A program made the translations under genes and the position numbers. A stretch of 64,000 bases of DNA from Octopus bimaculoides (lineage: Eukaryota): positions 15,723,250-15,787,249 of the forward strand of contig NC_069004.1 of NCBI RefSeq assembly GCF_001194135.2. Direction: 5' to 3'. The notes under the pieces were generated by a model. That model saw nothing but the letters and a program-made list of their open reading frames with translations. It was not told the DNA's origin and did not search any database. This document shows positions 40,901 through 51,720 of this stretch, in pieces; positions within the stretch are counted from its first letter, which is position 1; every line of letters begins with the position of its first letter.

Positions 40901-41416
40901 ATTAAAGTATTACTCTGAATAGAATGTTAATCTGTCTCAGCTAACTTTCCCAGATGATCTGATACCTATTCCTTCTGACAAGGATGGATTATCAAAATTG
41001 TTACAATATTGAACAAAATGCCCAGAGATTATTTAATCATGACCCTTTCCATTCTGGATTTAAATCTTGTCAAGGTCAGCTTTGTCTTTTATCATTCTGG
41101 GGTCAATAAAACACCAGTCAGTGTACTGGGGTCAATTTCTATTTCTTATAGATCATCCATGATGTGAATGGACTGACAACAGAGCAGAAGAAAAATAAAT
41201 TACACCTGAAGCAATGTATTAAAATGACATTCTAGGTTTCTGATATCTGGTCCCCAAAATCAGTCATTAAAGCATGATTTGAAACAGGGTTTTTAATATG
41301 TATGTATAAAAACACAAGGGGTTAGGTTAATTGATAATGGGGCAATACCATGGCATATTTTTCTGGTGCTATAATATATTTGTGACATATGGATGTACCT
41401 TAACTGTTGTACCCAG
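37928..41416 (+). other. U12-type (minor spliceosome) GT-AG intron of TRAPPC9
   Basis: 5' splice site GTATCCTTG (consensus RTATCCTTT). Branch motif TACCTTAAC at 41396-41404 with the A at 41403, 13 nt before the terminal G. No polypyrimidine tract. Phase 0 join WSI/PAV matches human WRI/PSL. Confidence 0.85.
40260..40470. repeat. Degenerate AT-rich minisatellite (~22-27 nt, attgttatagttaattatggtagcact-like)
   Basis: Recurrent motif seen directly. Confidence 0.6.
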
Positions 41417-41510
41417 CCAGCTGTGAGTGCTACTGGAAAAGTCTCTCTTGATAACATAGTGTGGGGCACATCACAGATGAACTTGATGAAGCTCAGTCCT
41501 ATCAAATGGA
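41417..41510 (+). CDS. TRAPPC9: TRAPPC9 coding exon J
   Basis: Preceded by CCTTAAC branch motif and cccag; GTAAGT donor. PAVSATGKVSLDNIVWGTSQMNLMKLSPIKW vs human [30 protein letters not shown]. 94 nt, phase 0 to 1. Confidence 0.9.
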
Positions 41511-42103
41511 GTAAGTACTCTCTCTCTCTCTCTTTCTTTCTCGTTCACTTTTTTCTGTATTTCTATATGATACATAGTTTGAGAAATCATTATCACTACC
41601 ACCACTACAATGATCAATCATAACTACTACCACTATCAATCACGGTCACTTAACCTAACAGAAGTAGCAGCCAAACCACCCTCAAATCATAGAGTTCGGA
41701 ACACTTTAAATAATATAGTCCTACATTTCTCTAAAATGACAGGTCAGTCACAGCTGGCATGTCTTTGACCTTAGGTTTTAGCCTTAGGTCGTTTTTGACT
41801 AAGCTAGCTCGGAGCTAAACAATGATAACCAAGATGTCCATTTTGTGCAGTTGCTGCATGTATTACACATATTGGTCAATGTCACTTTCTCACGCTAAGC
41901 TGGAGGCTTCTATGTAGACGTTTAGCCTATTAGAATTAGAAGCTAAATTTCTCTCACATTACACTCAACTGTCTTATAAAAAAAGCGACATGTTGGCTAA
42001 TGTATGTCGTGGGACTAAACAGTAGCAACAACTTGAAATGAAGCCAGCAGGAAAGCATCTTTGTGGTTACTCGGTCTGCTAAAAGTAAAAACCAAGATAC
42101 AGT

Positions 42104-42485
42104 ATCTTTTATTTCTTACTTATTTCCCTCATTAGACTGTAGCCATGCTGGGACACCACTTAAAAGAATTTTTAGTCGAATGAATTGACTCCTGTACTTT
42201 TTTCTCAGCCTGGTACTTATTCTATCGATCTACTTTGCTGAACCGTTAGGTTACGGAAATGTAAACACACCAACACTGGCTATAAAGCAGCAGTGGGAGA
42301 CAAACAGAGACACAAAGACATACACATTTAGACACATATATACACATATACAACAGGCTTCTTTCAGTTTCTATCTACCAAACAAGGCTTTGGTTGGCCT
42401 GAGGCTATAGTAGAAGACACTTGCAGTGGGACTGAATCCAGAACCATGTGGTTAGGAATCAAGCTTCTTACCACACAACCATGCT
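42104..42485 (-). mobile_element. SINE family B, full-length
   Basis: Reverse complement of 43046-43422. Confidence 0.85.
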
Positions 42486-43045
42486 TGTGCATATGTCTAA
42501 CAAAAAGAAGAAGATGAGGCCATCATCTTTGATCATATGTCTGCTCCATCAATGCCTGGCCTTTCCCTAACTCTGTATTACTTCCATTATTTGGTTCTTA
42601 TGTTTTAGACTCCTATACTTTCATCTTGATCAACTTCTTTATTGAGATCTGATTTCCAGTTGTAACACTGTTCATCTTGATGCCACTTGCAGAATATCTT
42701 GTAATCTCATTTTCTGTTACTCTAAATTGTTGCACCTCTGAAAGAAAAACTCGTTCATGTAAAGTGTATTAATATTAGGCTCATGATCATTAGGTTGTGG
42801 ATTTGACACTTTTCATATTATTCCAGTTTACTCAGCTAAAAATGAGTACTTGCTGAATGCTGGTGAATCCCCTTTCCTCTCCAGATGTCACATCCTCAAT
42901 GTTTCTCTGATTAATGTGATGGGTGGCCAAGAAGATGTCTATGTCTTCTCATGACTCCTAAAACAAGTAGTAAAAGGATCTTACTTACTACCAGACCATA
43001 TTCATTTCTGACTGACAACTATGGGTTTTTTTTAATATTTGTTAA

Positions 43046-43422
43046 GCAGCTGTGTGGTAAGAAGTTTGCTTCCTAACCACATGGTTCTGGGTTCAGTTCT
43101 ACTCTGTGGTAACTTAGGCTAATTTCTTCTACTATAGCCTTGGGCTGACCAAAATTTTGTGTGTGGATTTGGTAGATGGAAACTGCTATCATATATATTC
43201 ATGTGTGTTTTTGTGTCTATGTTTGTCCCCCACCACCACTTGACAACTAGTGTTGGTGTGTTTATGTTCCCGTAACTTAGCTGTTTGGCAAAAGAGATTG
43301 ATATAATAAGTATCAGGCTTTCAAAAAAAATAAGTACTGGGGTCAATTTGTTCAACTAAAAAGTTTTCAAGGCAGTGGCCCAGCATGGCTGCAGCCTAAT
43401 GACTGAAACAAGTAAAAGATAA
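43046..43422 (+). mobile_element. SINE family B, full-length
   Basis: tRNA-like head gctgtgtggtaagaag...ggttcagttcta and tail gactgaaacaagtaaaaga. Confidence 0.85.
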
Positions 43423-43595
43423 AAGTCTAAGCTGCTAGTAAGGTAACAGATCTATTTTGATTCTTGGTTGTAGTCACCTCACTTTACATAAGCTGTTAAT
43501 TCCATTCAGGGAAATCAACATTCTCATTGTGTACTCCCTTTAAGATGTGTGTTTCTTGTGAGAAATTTATATTTTGCTTTGTTCTGTATTTTTAG

Positions 43596-43697
43596 CTGTG
43601 GTTGTGAACTCCCAGTTTTTTGATGTGACCAACGTACCCCAGGTCACAGTTGGAGAGTTAACCAGCCTACATATTACCATGATGAATGCCGACAATG
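43596..43697 (+). CDS. TRAPPC9: TRAPPC9 coding exon K
   Basis: gtatttttag acceptor, GTAAGT donor. (T)VVVNSQFFDVTNVPQVTVGELTSLHITMMNADN vs human VLVDGQPC...CQVGDPVRLEVRLTN. 102 nt, phase 1 to 1. Confidence 0.9.
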
Positions 43698-44179
43698 GTA
43701 AGTTTGATGTTTTTTGTAGTTCAAGTAAACTTTGATCAACTCTTCTCAAGCAAATGTATAAGAAGGGTAAAATTAGTTGACCTGTTTTTCTTGCAATTCA
43801 GTTAAACCATCCACATATGCATATATTTATTGGTATGTATAATGTCTGTTTTCATTTATATATTTAGAATATAGTTTTGTCTATCGGTTGGGTTTAATGT
43901 CTTTCTGTCTGTCTGTCTATGTGTGTGTTTGATTAGTTGAATATATGAAAAGTAGCTTTTAACCAATTTCCTGTCCACCTTCTCATTTAAAGTCTCAACT
44001 TAATATTTAGCATGATGTGTCTTTCCTTATATGCGCAGTCCTTCTCATCTACCTCTCCACTCTCATCTTAGATACACCACACATTATCAGGACATTCTTA
44101 TTCTTTGAATTTTCCATGCCCATGAACACAATTGCTGTTTATATGCCCTTTCTGTCTATTTTTTTTTCCCTTTTTGTGT

Positions 44180-44259
<80 letters not shown>

Positions 44260-44796
44260 GTGTGTATTTTTCCCTTGTTAACAATTAACATGCATATATA
44301 TATAGGAGAGTATTGTAGTTCACTTGAAGCATTGTATATTGTTTGTAAAAAATAATAAATAATAATAATAATGTGTTTTGAATGGCACAACAAAGCATTA
44401 TAATAATAGCAATGGATTATAATAACTGTTATAATTTAATCATCCATAGTCTGATATAATATTTCGAAATATAAAAATTCCTTCTTCAGAAGACAAACTC
44501 AGCTTTTATAATGATATATAATTTTCATAATACCTTATCACATTTATTGATTTATTTGGTTGCCTTAATTTTGGGACACCCTGTATATATGGAAAAACAC
44601 CACATAAACATATAAGAAATATGTATTTCAAAATACACACACATATATACCATCATCATCATAATCGTCATTTAGCATCCATTTTCCATGCTGGGATGGG
44701 TTGGACAGGTTGACCAGACCTGGTGAGGCCACACCAGGCTCCATTGTCTGTTCTGGCATGATTTATATGGCTGGATGCACTGGTGCCCTTCCTATA

Positions 44797-44845
<49 letters not shown>

Positions 44846-45150
44846 GAAATTTACAGAAAAACAAAAGATGAAAACTGGTATATGAACAACAAGCAGTTTG
44901 ATGTTCAGGAAAGTGAGAAAGTTTTCTATGTTTCAAGCCAATGCTCTTCAGCATAAAGGAATAAGAGAAAATAAACAGAGAGAGAATAAAAATCTTATGG
45001 ATTTAGCAATCAAGCACGGCAATTGGTTATATATATTAATGACCTGCAGAGACACTGTATTTAATTATGCAACCATAATATACTACAAAGTATATTAAAC
45101 TTTTTTAGAAGTTAATATTGTGTTCTACTGTGTTAGCAGTGCTATTACAT

Positions 45151-45685
45151 CACTTGTTAAGATTATCTCTATGGATTTTCTATAGAAATTATAGCCATTG
45201 CTGATTTTCTTATAGTGTTTTGTATCCGAGATGCCTGATGCAAATAACAATGAGATCGAAGATGAAAAGTGGGTTATGGTTATATATATATATATACCAT
45301 TTTTGGGGAGTTTTTGCTCCTTCGTCAGCACCTATTCAACCCAGTAATCATCCACAAACACATTGCTTAGATAGCTGCTAAATGTAGTGGTGTAACATTT
45401 TTGGATATACCAATTTTACATATTTAACACATTTCTGGAAGCAAGTGTGTACATATTAATGACTTGTGGCTATCTAAGCAATGTGTTTGTAAATGATTAA
45501 TGGGTTGGATGGGTGTTGATGCAGGAGCAAAAACTCCTGAAATATGGCATATACACCCATTAACCATTTTTCATCTTTGATCTTATTGTTGTTTACATCA
45601 GGCATCTCAGATATGAAATATCATAACAAAATCAGTACTGGTTATAATTTCTATAGAAAACCTGTAGAGATAGCCTTAACAAGTG
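45151..45685. repeat. Fold-back/MITE-like inverted repeat (~235-nt arms, ~80-nt spacer)
   Basis: 45151-~45385 pairs imperfectly with ~45465-45685. Confidence 0.8.
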
Positions 45686-45710
45686 AAATATATATATACA
45701 TACATATTTA

Positions 45711-45918
45711 TATAAGGGCATTACTACAGAATAATGCCACACACTAGACTTCCCAAATAAATACATTTAGTACCGATATAAGGGCATTACTACAGAATAA
45801 TTCCACACATTAGACTTCCCAAATAAACACATTTAGTACCGAATGCGCGCATTCGGTACTAAATGTGTTTATTTGGGAAGTCTAGTGTGTGGCATTATTC
45901 TGTAGTAATGCCCTTATA
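45711..45918. repeat. 66-nt tandem duplicate plus 142-nt spacerless palindrome
   Basis: Unit at 45711-45776 and 45777-45842. Inverted copy to 45918, with centre GAATGCG/CGCATTC. Confidence 0.9.
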
Positions 45919-46024
45919 TAAACGCATAATCATATTCTTGGGAATAGAAATTTCCCTTATGAATTTTTACACACTGGCTTCCTGATAAAATTCTTGTAAA
46001 AGATTTTTATCCTTTTTTGAATAT

Positions 46025-46071
<47 letters not shown>

Positions 46072-46912
46072 NNNNNNNNNNNNNNNNNNNNNNNNNNNNN
46101 NNNNNNNNNNNNNNNNNNNNNNNNNNNNNNNNNNNNNNNNNNNNNNNNNNNNNNNNNNNNNNNNNNNNNNNNNNNNNNNNNNNNNNNNNNNNNNNNNNNN
46201 NNNNNNNNNNNNNNNNNNNNNNNNNNNNNNNNNNNNNNNNNNNNNNNNNNNNNNNNNNNNNNNNNNNNNNNNNNNNNNNNNNNNNNNNNNNNNNNNNNNN
46301 NNNNNNNNNNNNNNNNNNNNNNNNNNNNNNNNNNNNNNNNNNNNNNNNNNNNNNNNNNNNNNNNNNNNNNNNNNNNNNNNNNNNNNNNNNNNNNNNNNNN
46401 NNNNNNNNNNNNNNNNNNNNNNNNNNNNNNNNNNNNNNNNNNNNNNNNNNNNNNNNNNNNNNNNNNNNNNNNNNNNNNNNNNNNNNNNNNNNNNNNNNNN
46501 NNNNNNNNNNNNNNNNNNNNNNNNNNNNNNNNNNNNNNNNNNNNNNNNNNNNNNNNNNNNNNNNNNNNNNNNNNNNNNNNNNNNNNNNNNNNNNNNNNNN
46601 NNNNNNNNNNNNNNNNNNNNNNNNNNNNNNNNNNNNNNNNNNNNNNNNNNNNNNNNNNNNNNNNNNNNNNNNNNNNNNNNNNNNNNNNNNNNNNNNNNNN
46701 NNNNNNNNNNNNNNNNNNNNNNNNNNNNNNNNNNNNNNNNNNNNNNNNNNNNNNNNNNNNNNNNNNNNNNNNNNNNNNNNNNNNNNNNNNNNNNNNNNNN
46801 NNNNNNNNNNNNNNNNNNNNNNNNNNNNNNNNNNNNNNNNNNNNTCTCTCTCTTTTTTACTCTTACTCTCTATATTATACGTTGAGCTCGTGATCGATGT
46901 GTAAGAACGCCG

Positions 46913-47139
46913 GTACAAGTCGAAGGGAAGAAATATAAAAGTTGCTAGAAACAGCCAAATCTCCCTTAAATCACACAAAGTAAATGGAATTTTAAAATTT
47001 TTACATTAATGGAATTTTTTCAATGTGAACTTTCCAGTGCAGAAATTAGATTTTTAAAATTCCGTTTACTTTGTGTGATTTAAGGGAGATTTGGCTGTTG
47101 TTTCTAGCAACTTTTATATTTCTTCCCTTCTACCTGTAC
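46913..47139. repeat. Inverted repeat (~85-nt near-identical arms, ~55-nt loop)
   Basis: 46913-46997 vs 47052-47139. Confidence 0.85.
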
Positions 47140-47205
47140 TCACAATCATTGACTACAATATAACTTATGTTCGTCAATATTTGGTAAATATACCACGATT
47201 TTCAC

Positions 47206-47380
47206 TAGGGTGTTAGGGTTGGAGTTTTAGGGTCAGGGTTAGGGTTTTAGGGTTACGGTTAGGGTGTAGGGATAGGGTTACGGTTGGGGTTAGGATTAGG
47301 GTTAGTGTTATGGTTACGGTTTTAGGGTCAGGGTTAGGGTTTTAGTGTTAGGGTTAGGTTTAGGGTTTTTGGGTTAGGGT
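47206..47380 (+). repeat. Degenerate interstitial telomere-like (TTAGGG)n array
   Basis: TTAGGG units mixed with TTACGG, TCAGGG, TTAGTG and TTTTAGGG variants over ~175 nt. Confidence 0.85.
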
Positions 47381-48054
47381 GTGGTAATCGTGCGGGTGTT
47401 GATCTGAAAAATTACAGAAATGTTAAAATTACCGACCCTGCCATCTATTATATCTTTTGTTCTGTTTAATATATACATAGATTATGCCTCCAAAGAAGAG
47501 AGTTTGCTGGGGAAAGAAAGCAACCGGTTTAAAATGACAGCAACAGACTGTAGCAATTCACCACATTCCAGAAGATACTTTGAACGTAATGCAAAATGGT
47601 GCATCAACATCTGATAGAATTCTGATAGAATTCTGGCAAAACTGTGTAGCAACAGATTGCCACCAATTGCTTCATCAGAAATTGCCGTCCTAGCTCCTGC
47701 TAAAAGGGATTACCCTGCTATGTATAATCAGGGCAGCGCAAAAAGTTGTTTTGCACAAGCATTTGTATAGCCAATTAGATGGATGAAATTTACGTACGCT
47801 TAATAATGTTAAGCAAAACAGCCTTCAGACTTTCCCTATTAATTTCATCGTCTTTTGAATTATGAACATATTTACATCATAAGGGTCTTTTCATTGTAAC
47901 GCTTTCTTTTTTAGTTGATTTTCACCTAGCAAGACTTATCGTAGATAGCGTAATAAGTCACACCCGGACAACGTCGGGTTATACTGCTAGTAGGAACATA
48001 TAAATATGCTAACTTACATAAGTACATACTTATATACATACATAGGTATACATA

Positions 48055-48291
48055 TATAGAGAGAAAAAAGTGAAAGGGGTACAGTGAACTTGCCATGAGG
48101 AGTAGAATATCCAACATTTCAGATTCAATCCTTCATCAGGGTGTAGAGAAAAAGTGGAAAAGTCAAACAGTTTACATCCTCTCAACATTTTTCTCTTTTT
48201 CTCTACTTCTGACGAAGGATTGAATCTGAAACGTTGGATATTCCACTCCTCACAGTAATTTCACTGTACCCCTTTCACTTTTTTCTCTATA
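48055..48291. mobile_element. Inverted repeat with a hammerhead-core motif in each arm (Penelope-like terminal sequence)
   Basis: Arms ~48055-48155 and ~48195-48291. CTGACGA-AGGATTGAATCT-GAAACGTT on +, CTGATGA-...-GAAATGTT on -. Confidence 0.6.
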
Positions 48292-48409
48292 TTTTTCAAG
48301 TCTTGCCGACACAGAGCTATTAGATTATTGCCTGGGAGATGCTTGTCCCCCTCAAACTCTTGAATTCATTTCCTTCATATGTTTATGCTTTTTCATTGGA
48401 AATGCTTTC

Positions 48410-48459
<50 letters not shown>

Positions 48460-48673
48460 GTTTTCCCAAGTAAAATTGCATTTTGTATTTGAAACTCCGA
48501 TGAAGTTCTAAAGTGATACACAAACATTCAACTTTATTGCATCTTATAGCAGAAACAGCTGTAAGCTAATGAAGTTCATGACATGATTTCTTATTCTTTT
48601 GTTCTTCTAATTTCTTTATATATATGTATACATATATATGTATGTACATATAAAATATATGCTTGTGTTTCAG

Positions 48674-48795
48674 TGGATGCCTACCAAGCTGAACTAAATA
48701 TCAGTTGTTATCAAGATCTTGGCTGTGGTAGTTCATGGTATAGTACAGAGCAGCAAAGTTCTATTATTGGTATCAGATCACTGAAGATTGACAAG
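48674..48795 (+). CDS. TRAPPC9: TRAPPC9 coding exon L
   Basis: gtgtttcag acceptor, AAG/GTACAC donor (weak). (V)DAYQAELNISCYQDLGCGSSWYSTEQQSSIIGIRSLKIDK vs human PFALTVVPFQDHQNGVHNY...VSFVGSSTFYLDA. 122 nt, phase 1 to 0. Confidence 0.88.
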
Positions 48796-49966
48796 GTACA
48801 CATTCGTTTTCCTTTTCTTTCCCAAATGTCCAAATTTCTTGCATCAACACTTCAATTAACTCTGCCTTACTTCATTTTATTGTTTCTGTTGTCCCTCACT
48901 TCTATGAATGTCTCTTTTGCCCACACCTTTATCTGTTACATTTGTTATTCCTCACTTCTATCTATTACCTCTGTTATCCCTTACTTCTATTGTCTCTGTT
49001 CCACCTTATCTCTATTGCTTCCTGTTATCTCTCACCTCTTTCTATTCTCTTCGATCTTCAATTTTTATCCCTGTCAACCCTCACTTTATCTGTTCTATCT
49101 CATGTCTATCAATTGATCCTGCTGATCTACCTTACCTCTATCTGTTGTCACCTCACCTCTACCTTATCCTTCTCGTTCCACATCACTTCCTTCTGTTGAC
49201 TCTATTGTTTCTCATCTCTATGTTTTGCTCTTGGTAGTATTTTACCCAAAACACAGGGCAAAATTGGGGTCAGCACAGAAAATTTCATTTCTTCAGTCCT
49301 GAAGACCCCCTGATCATACCAACTCCACACTCCAACACTAAATACTAACATTCACTTACAATTCATTCTCTGGATCTACCATTGTTCTCCTGGTGCATTG
49401 CTTTAGGCATTCAGGTGGATATTTAAAGCATGTTCTTTCACTGATTGATCTGTGGCTCTGGTGAGACACTACCTTCAAAGATTTTAGTTGATCTTTATCT
49501 CTTGAATCACTAAGTTACAGAACTAAGAGGAATGCAATACTAGTGTAAATATAAAAAAACATACTCACAAACAAAGGACTTTTGTCACAATTTCCCCTAA
49601 AGGCATTGGTGATTCAAGGCTATAGTAGAAGTCCAATGTGATGAACCACATGATGGCTGCTGTAAAGTTTCAGACTACAAGTTGTACTCAAAACCTCGAT
49701 CAGTCTGATACTATAGAAGAAGACACTGATTTAAGGTGCCACATGTTGGAATTGAATCTGAAACTACATAGTTGAAAAGTAAACCTTTTAGCAAAACATG
49801 CATGGACATACCTGTACCAATGTGAGGATGTTTGAAATTAATTATATCAATTTTAAAATAATTAAATGATATTACTACTTCATTCTTTTCAAATTTATTT
49901 CATTAGTTTATTTGTTTGTATGTTTGTTTTAATACATTTAAAAAAATTTTTGGTTTCCATGTTTAG

Positions 49967-50263
49967 CTGGCCCAAGGTAACAGTATCAGCCATGAGTGCC
50001 ATCTCTTATTTTACCACAGTGGGGTTTACAAATTTGATATCCAATGTGCCTACCAGCGGCAGCCTTCAAAAACAAGCAGGACAACTGTCTCCAAATGTAC
50101 AACATCGTCACCAGTGACTAAAATGAAAGACAATAGCTACGGTGGTGATGGCAGCACCAGTCAGGCTGCAGCGGGGGAACCTGTTAACCTTGGACGCACA
50201 TCTTGGAAGTGTACTCCTATTGTACTGATTAAGGTTCTCGAGTCAAGAACTCATCATTTGTAA
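49967..50263 (+). CDS. TRAPPC9: TRAPPC9 terminal coding exon M (98 aa + TAA)
   Basis: catgtttag acceptor. LAQGNSISHECHLLFYHSGVYKFDIQC...SWKCTPIVLIKVLESRTHHL* vs human [27 protein letters not shown]...SWFCLPSVHVCALE. Confidence 0.92.
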   Translation: MAQGNSISHECHLLFYHSGVYKFDIQCAYQRQPSKTSRTTVSKCTTSSPVTKMKDNSYGGDGSTSQAAAGEPVNLGRTSWKCTPIVLIKVLESRTHHL

Positions 50264-50353
50264 AACATTATTGACCAATTGTAAATCATTACTTGGCAAC
50301 ATTTCCAGTTAACCCAGCAAAAGAAAAAGAGAAGCCACTCAGCAGCCCTAAAT

Positions 50354-50504
50354 AATAAAGAAAGTTCCTTGAAAACAAAGTGACTTTTGTGAATGAATAA
50401 CGCATCTTGTACAGGAAGTTCTTCAAGGATTTCAGAGAAATAATTATAGGATTTATAAACGGTTCATTATTACAAAGTTATTATTTCTGTCGTAAATAAA
50501 TAAA
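50354..50504 (+). terminator. Candidate polyadenylation signals of TRAPPC9 (AATAAA at 50354, 50495, 50499)
   Basis: AATAAA hexamers 90-240 nt after the stop, followed by U/GU-rich sequence (ttctttgttgtttc). Actual usage is unknown. Confidence 0.45.
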
Positions 50505-51359
50505 TTTTCTAATTCTTTGTTGTTTCTTTATAACCTTATAACCACACAAAGATTTGCATATATACACTACACAGTACTATGTGTGCTGTTGTTGCTCTTT
50601 CAGGGCAGGTTGTTGGGTATTCATTGCTTAACCAATTATTGTTTTGGTGTCATCTCTGTCCTGGTTATTGAGGTATGCATCAAATATAGGACATTTGCTG
50701 TATACCTTAACTCTCTCAAGAAAATTATATCTTTAGTACTATATGCCATATCTAAATGGGTCCATTCTTAACTGATGTTTTAGAAATTCAGTTAACGCTC
50801 TAGGTATTGCCTTCCCATCAGATTTAGCCTTTTTTCATAATTCCTTTGCAAATCTAAACCACTTTTTCAGACGCTCATTAGATGTACGTGAAAGGAATTA
50901 TTTCCTAATGTTCTCTTTGTCAAATGTTCCATGCCTCTGACTTTGTACTAATTCTCAAATTCACTTGGTTTGAATTGGAGCCTGTTGTGGCTTACAGTTG
51001 TTTTTGGTAAACCCAAATTTGTAAAATTTTTGTCAGAATTTCATTGAATTTATAAGCAATAATGTGGATCCATTTCCACAAATATAGACCATTTACTGTA
51101 TACCTCTTCTCTCTCTAGAAAATTATATCTTTTGTTCCATTTACCAAATTTATATAGATTTATTCCTAACTTTCTTTCATGCATACAACATCTGTCTAGT
51201 AGATTTCATCCTGTTTCCATACAATTATTATAGTTTTTTAATTCCAGGCCAGCAAGTGTGTATTTTTGACATTTTCTAGAATGTGAGCTTTGTACCAAAA
51301 TTATAATCTATCTCTTGCAGCAGCTGCTGACCATTTTCTCTTTCTCTCACTCTCCTTCC

Positions 51360-51720
51360 CTTTCTAGATGCAAGTAGTCATTCACATCCTCATCAAGAAC
51401 TTACTCTCACCTCTCCTCTTATTGTTTAATCCCTTTGTCCCTTAGCATGAAGCTAACCCCTCACCTCCACCAGGATCCATAGCACTGCAAAGAATTCTTT
51501 CTCACTTTCCTTTACTTGGTCAGAATCTGATTTGGTCGTGTGATGTGTATGGATGAGGATATCTGCATAAAAAAGTGGAAGCACAGGAAGACATTGGATA
51601 GAGGAGTGAAAGGAGGACCTCAACATGCTGAGTCTCACAGAGGAGATGACAAAGGAGTGTTGAGGAGACTCATCCATCACAGTAAAAATGACCATCCTAA
51701 AATCACTCTTCTAACCCATT
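51360..51720 (+). mobile_element. RTE-like LINE 3' fragment
   Basis: ..WFGRVMCMDEDICIKK..GG..RK TL region, similar to RTE C-termini elsewhere in the window. Confidence 0.55.

Noticed and set aside
42625-42685. Minus-strand AAGATGA-A-CAGT..ACTG-GAAA hammerhead-like motif
   Set aside because: The CUG of the core is missing and stems I and III cannot be formed.
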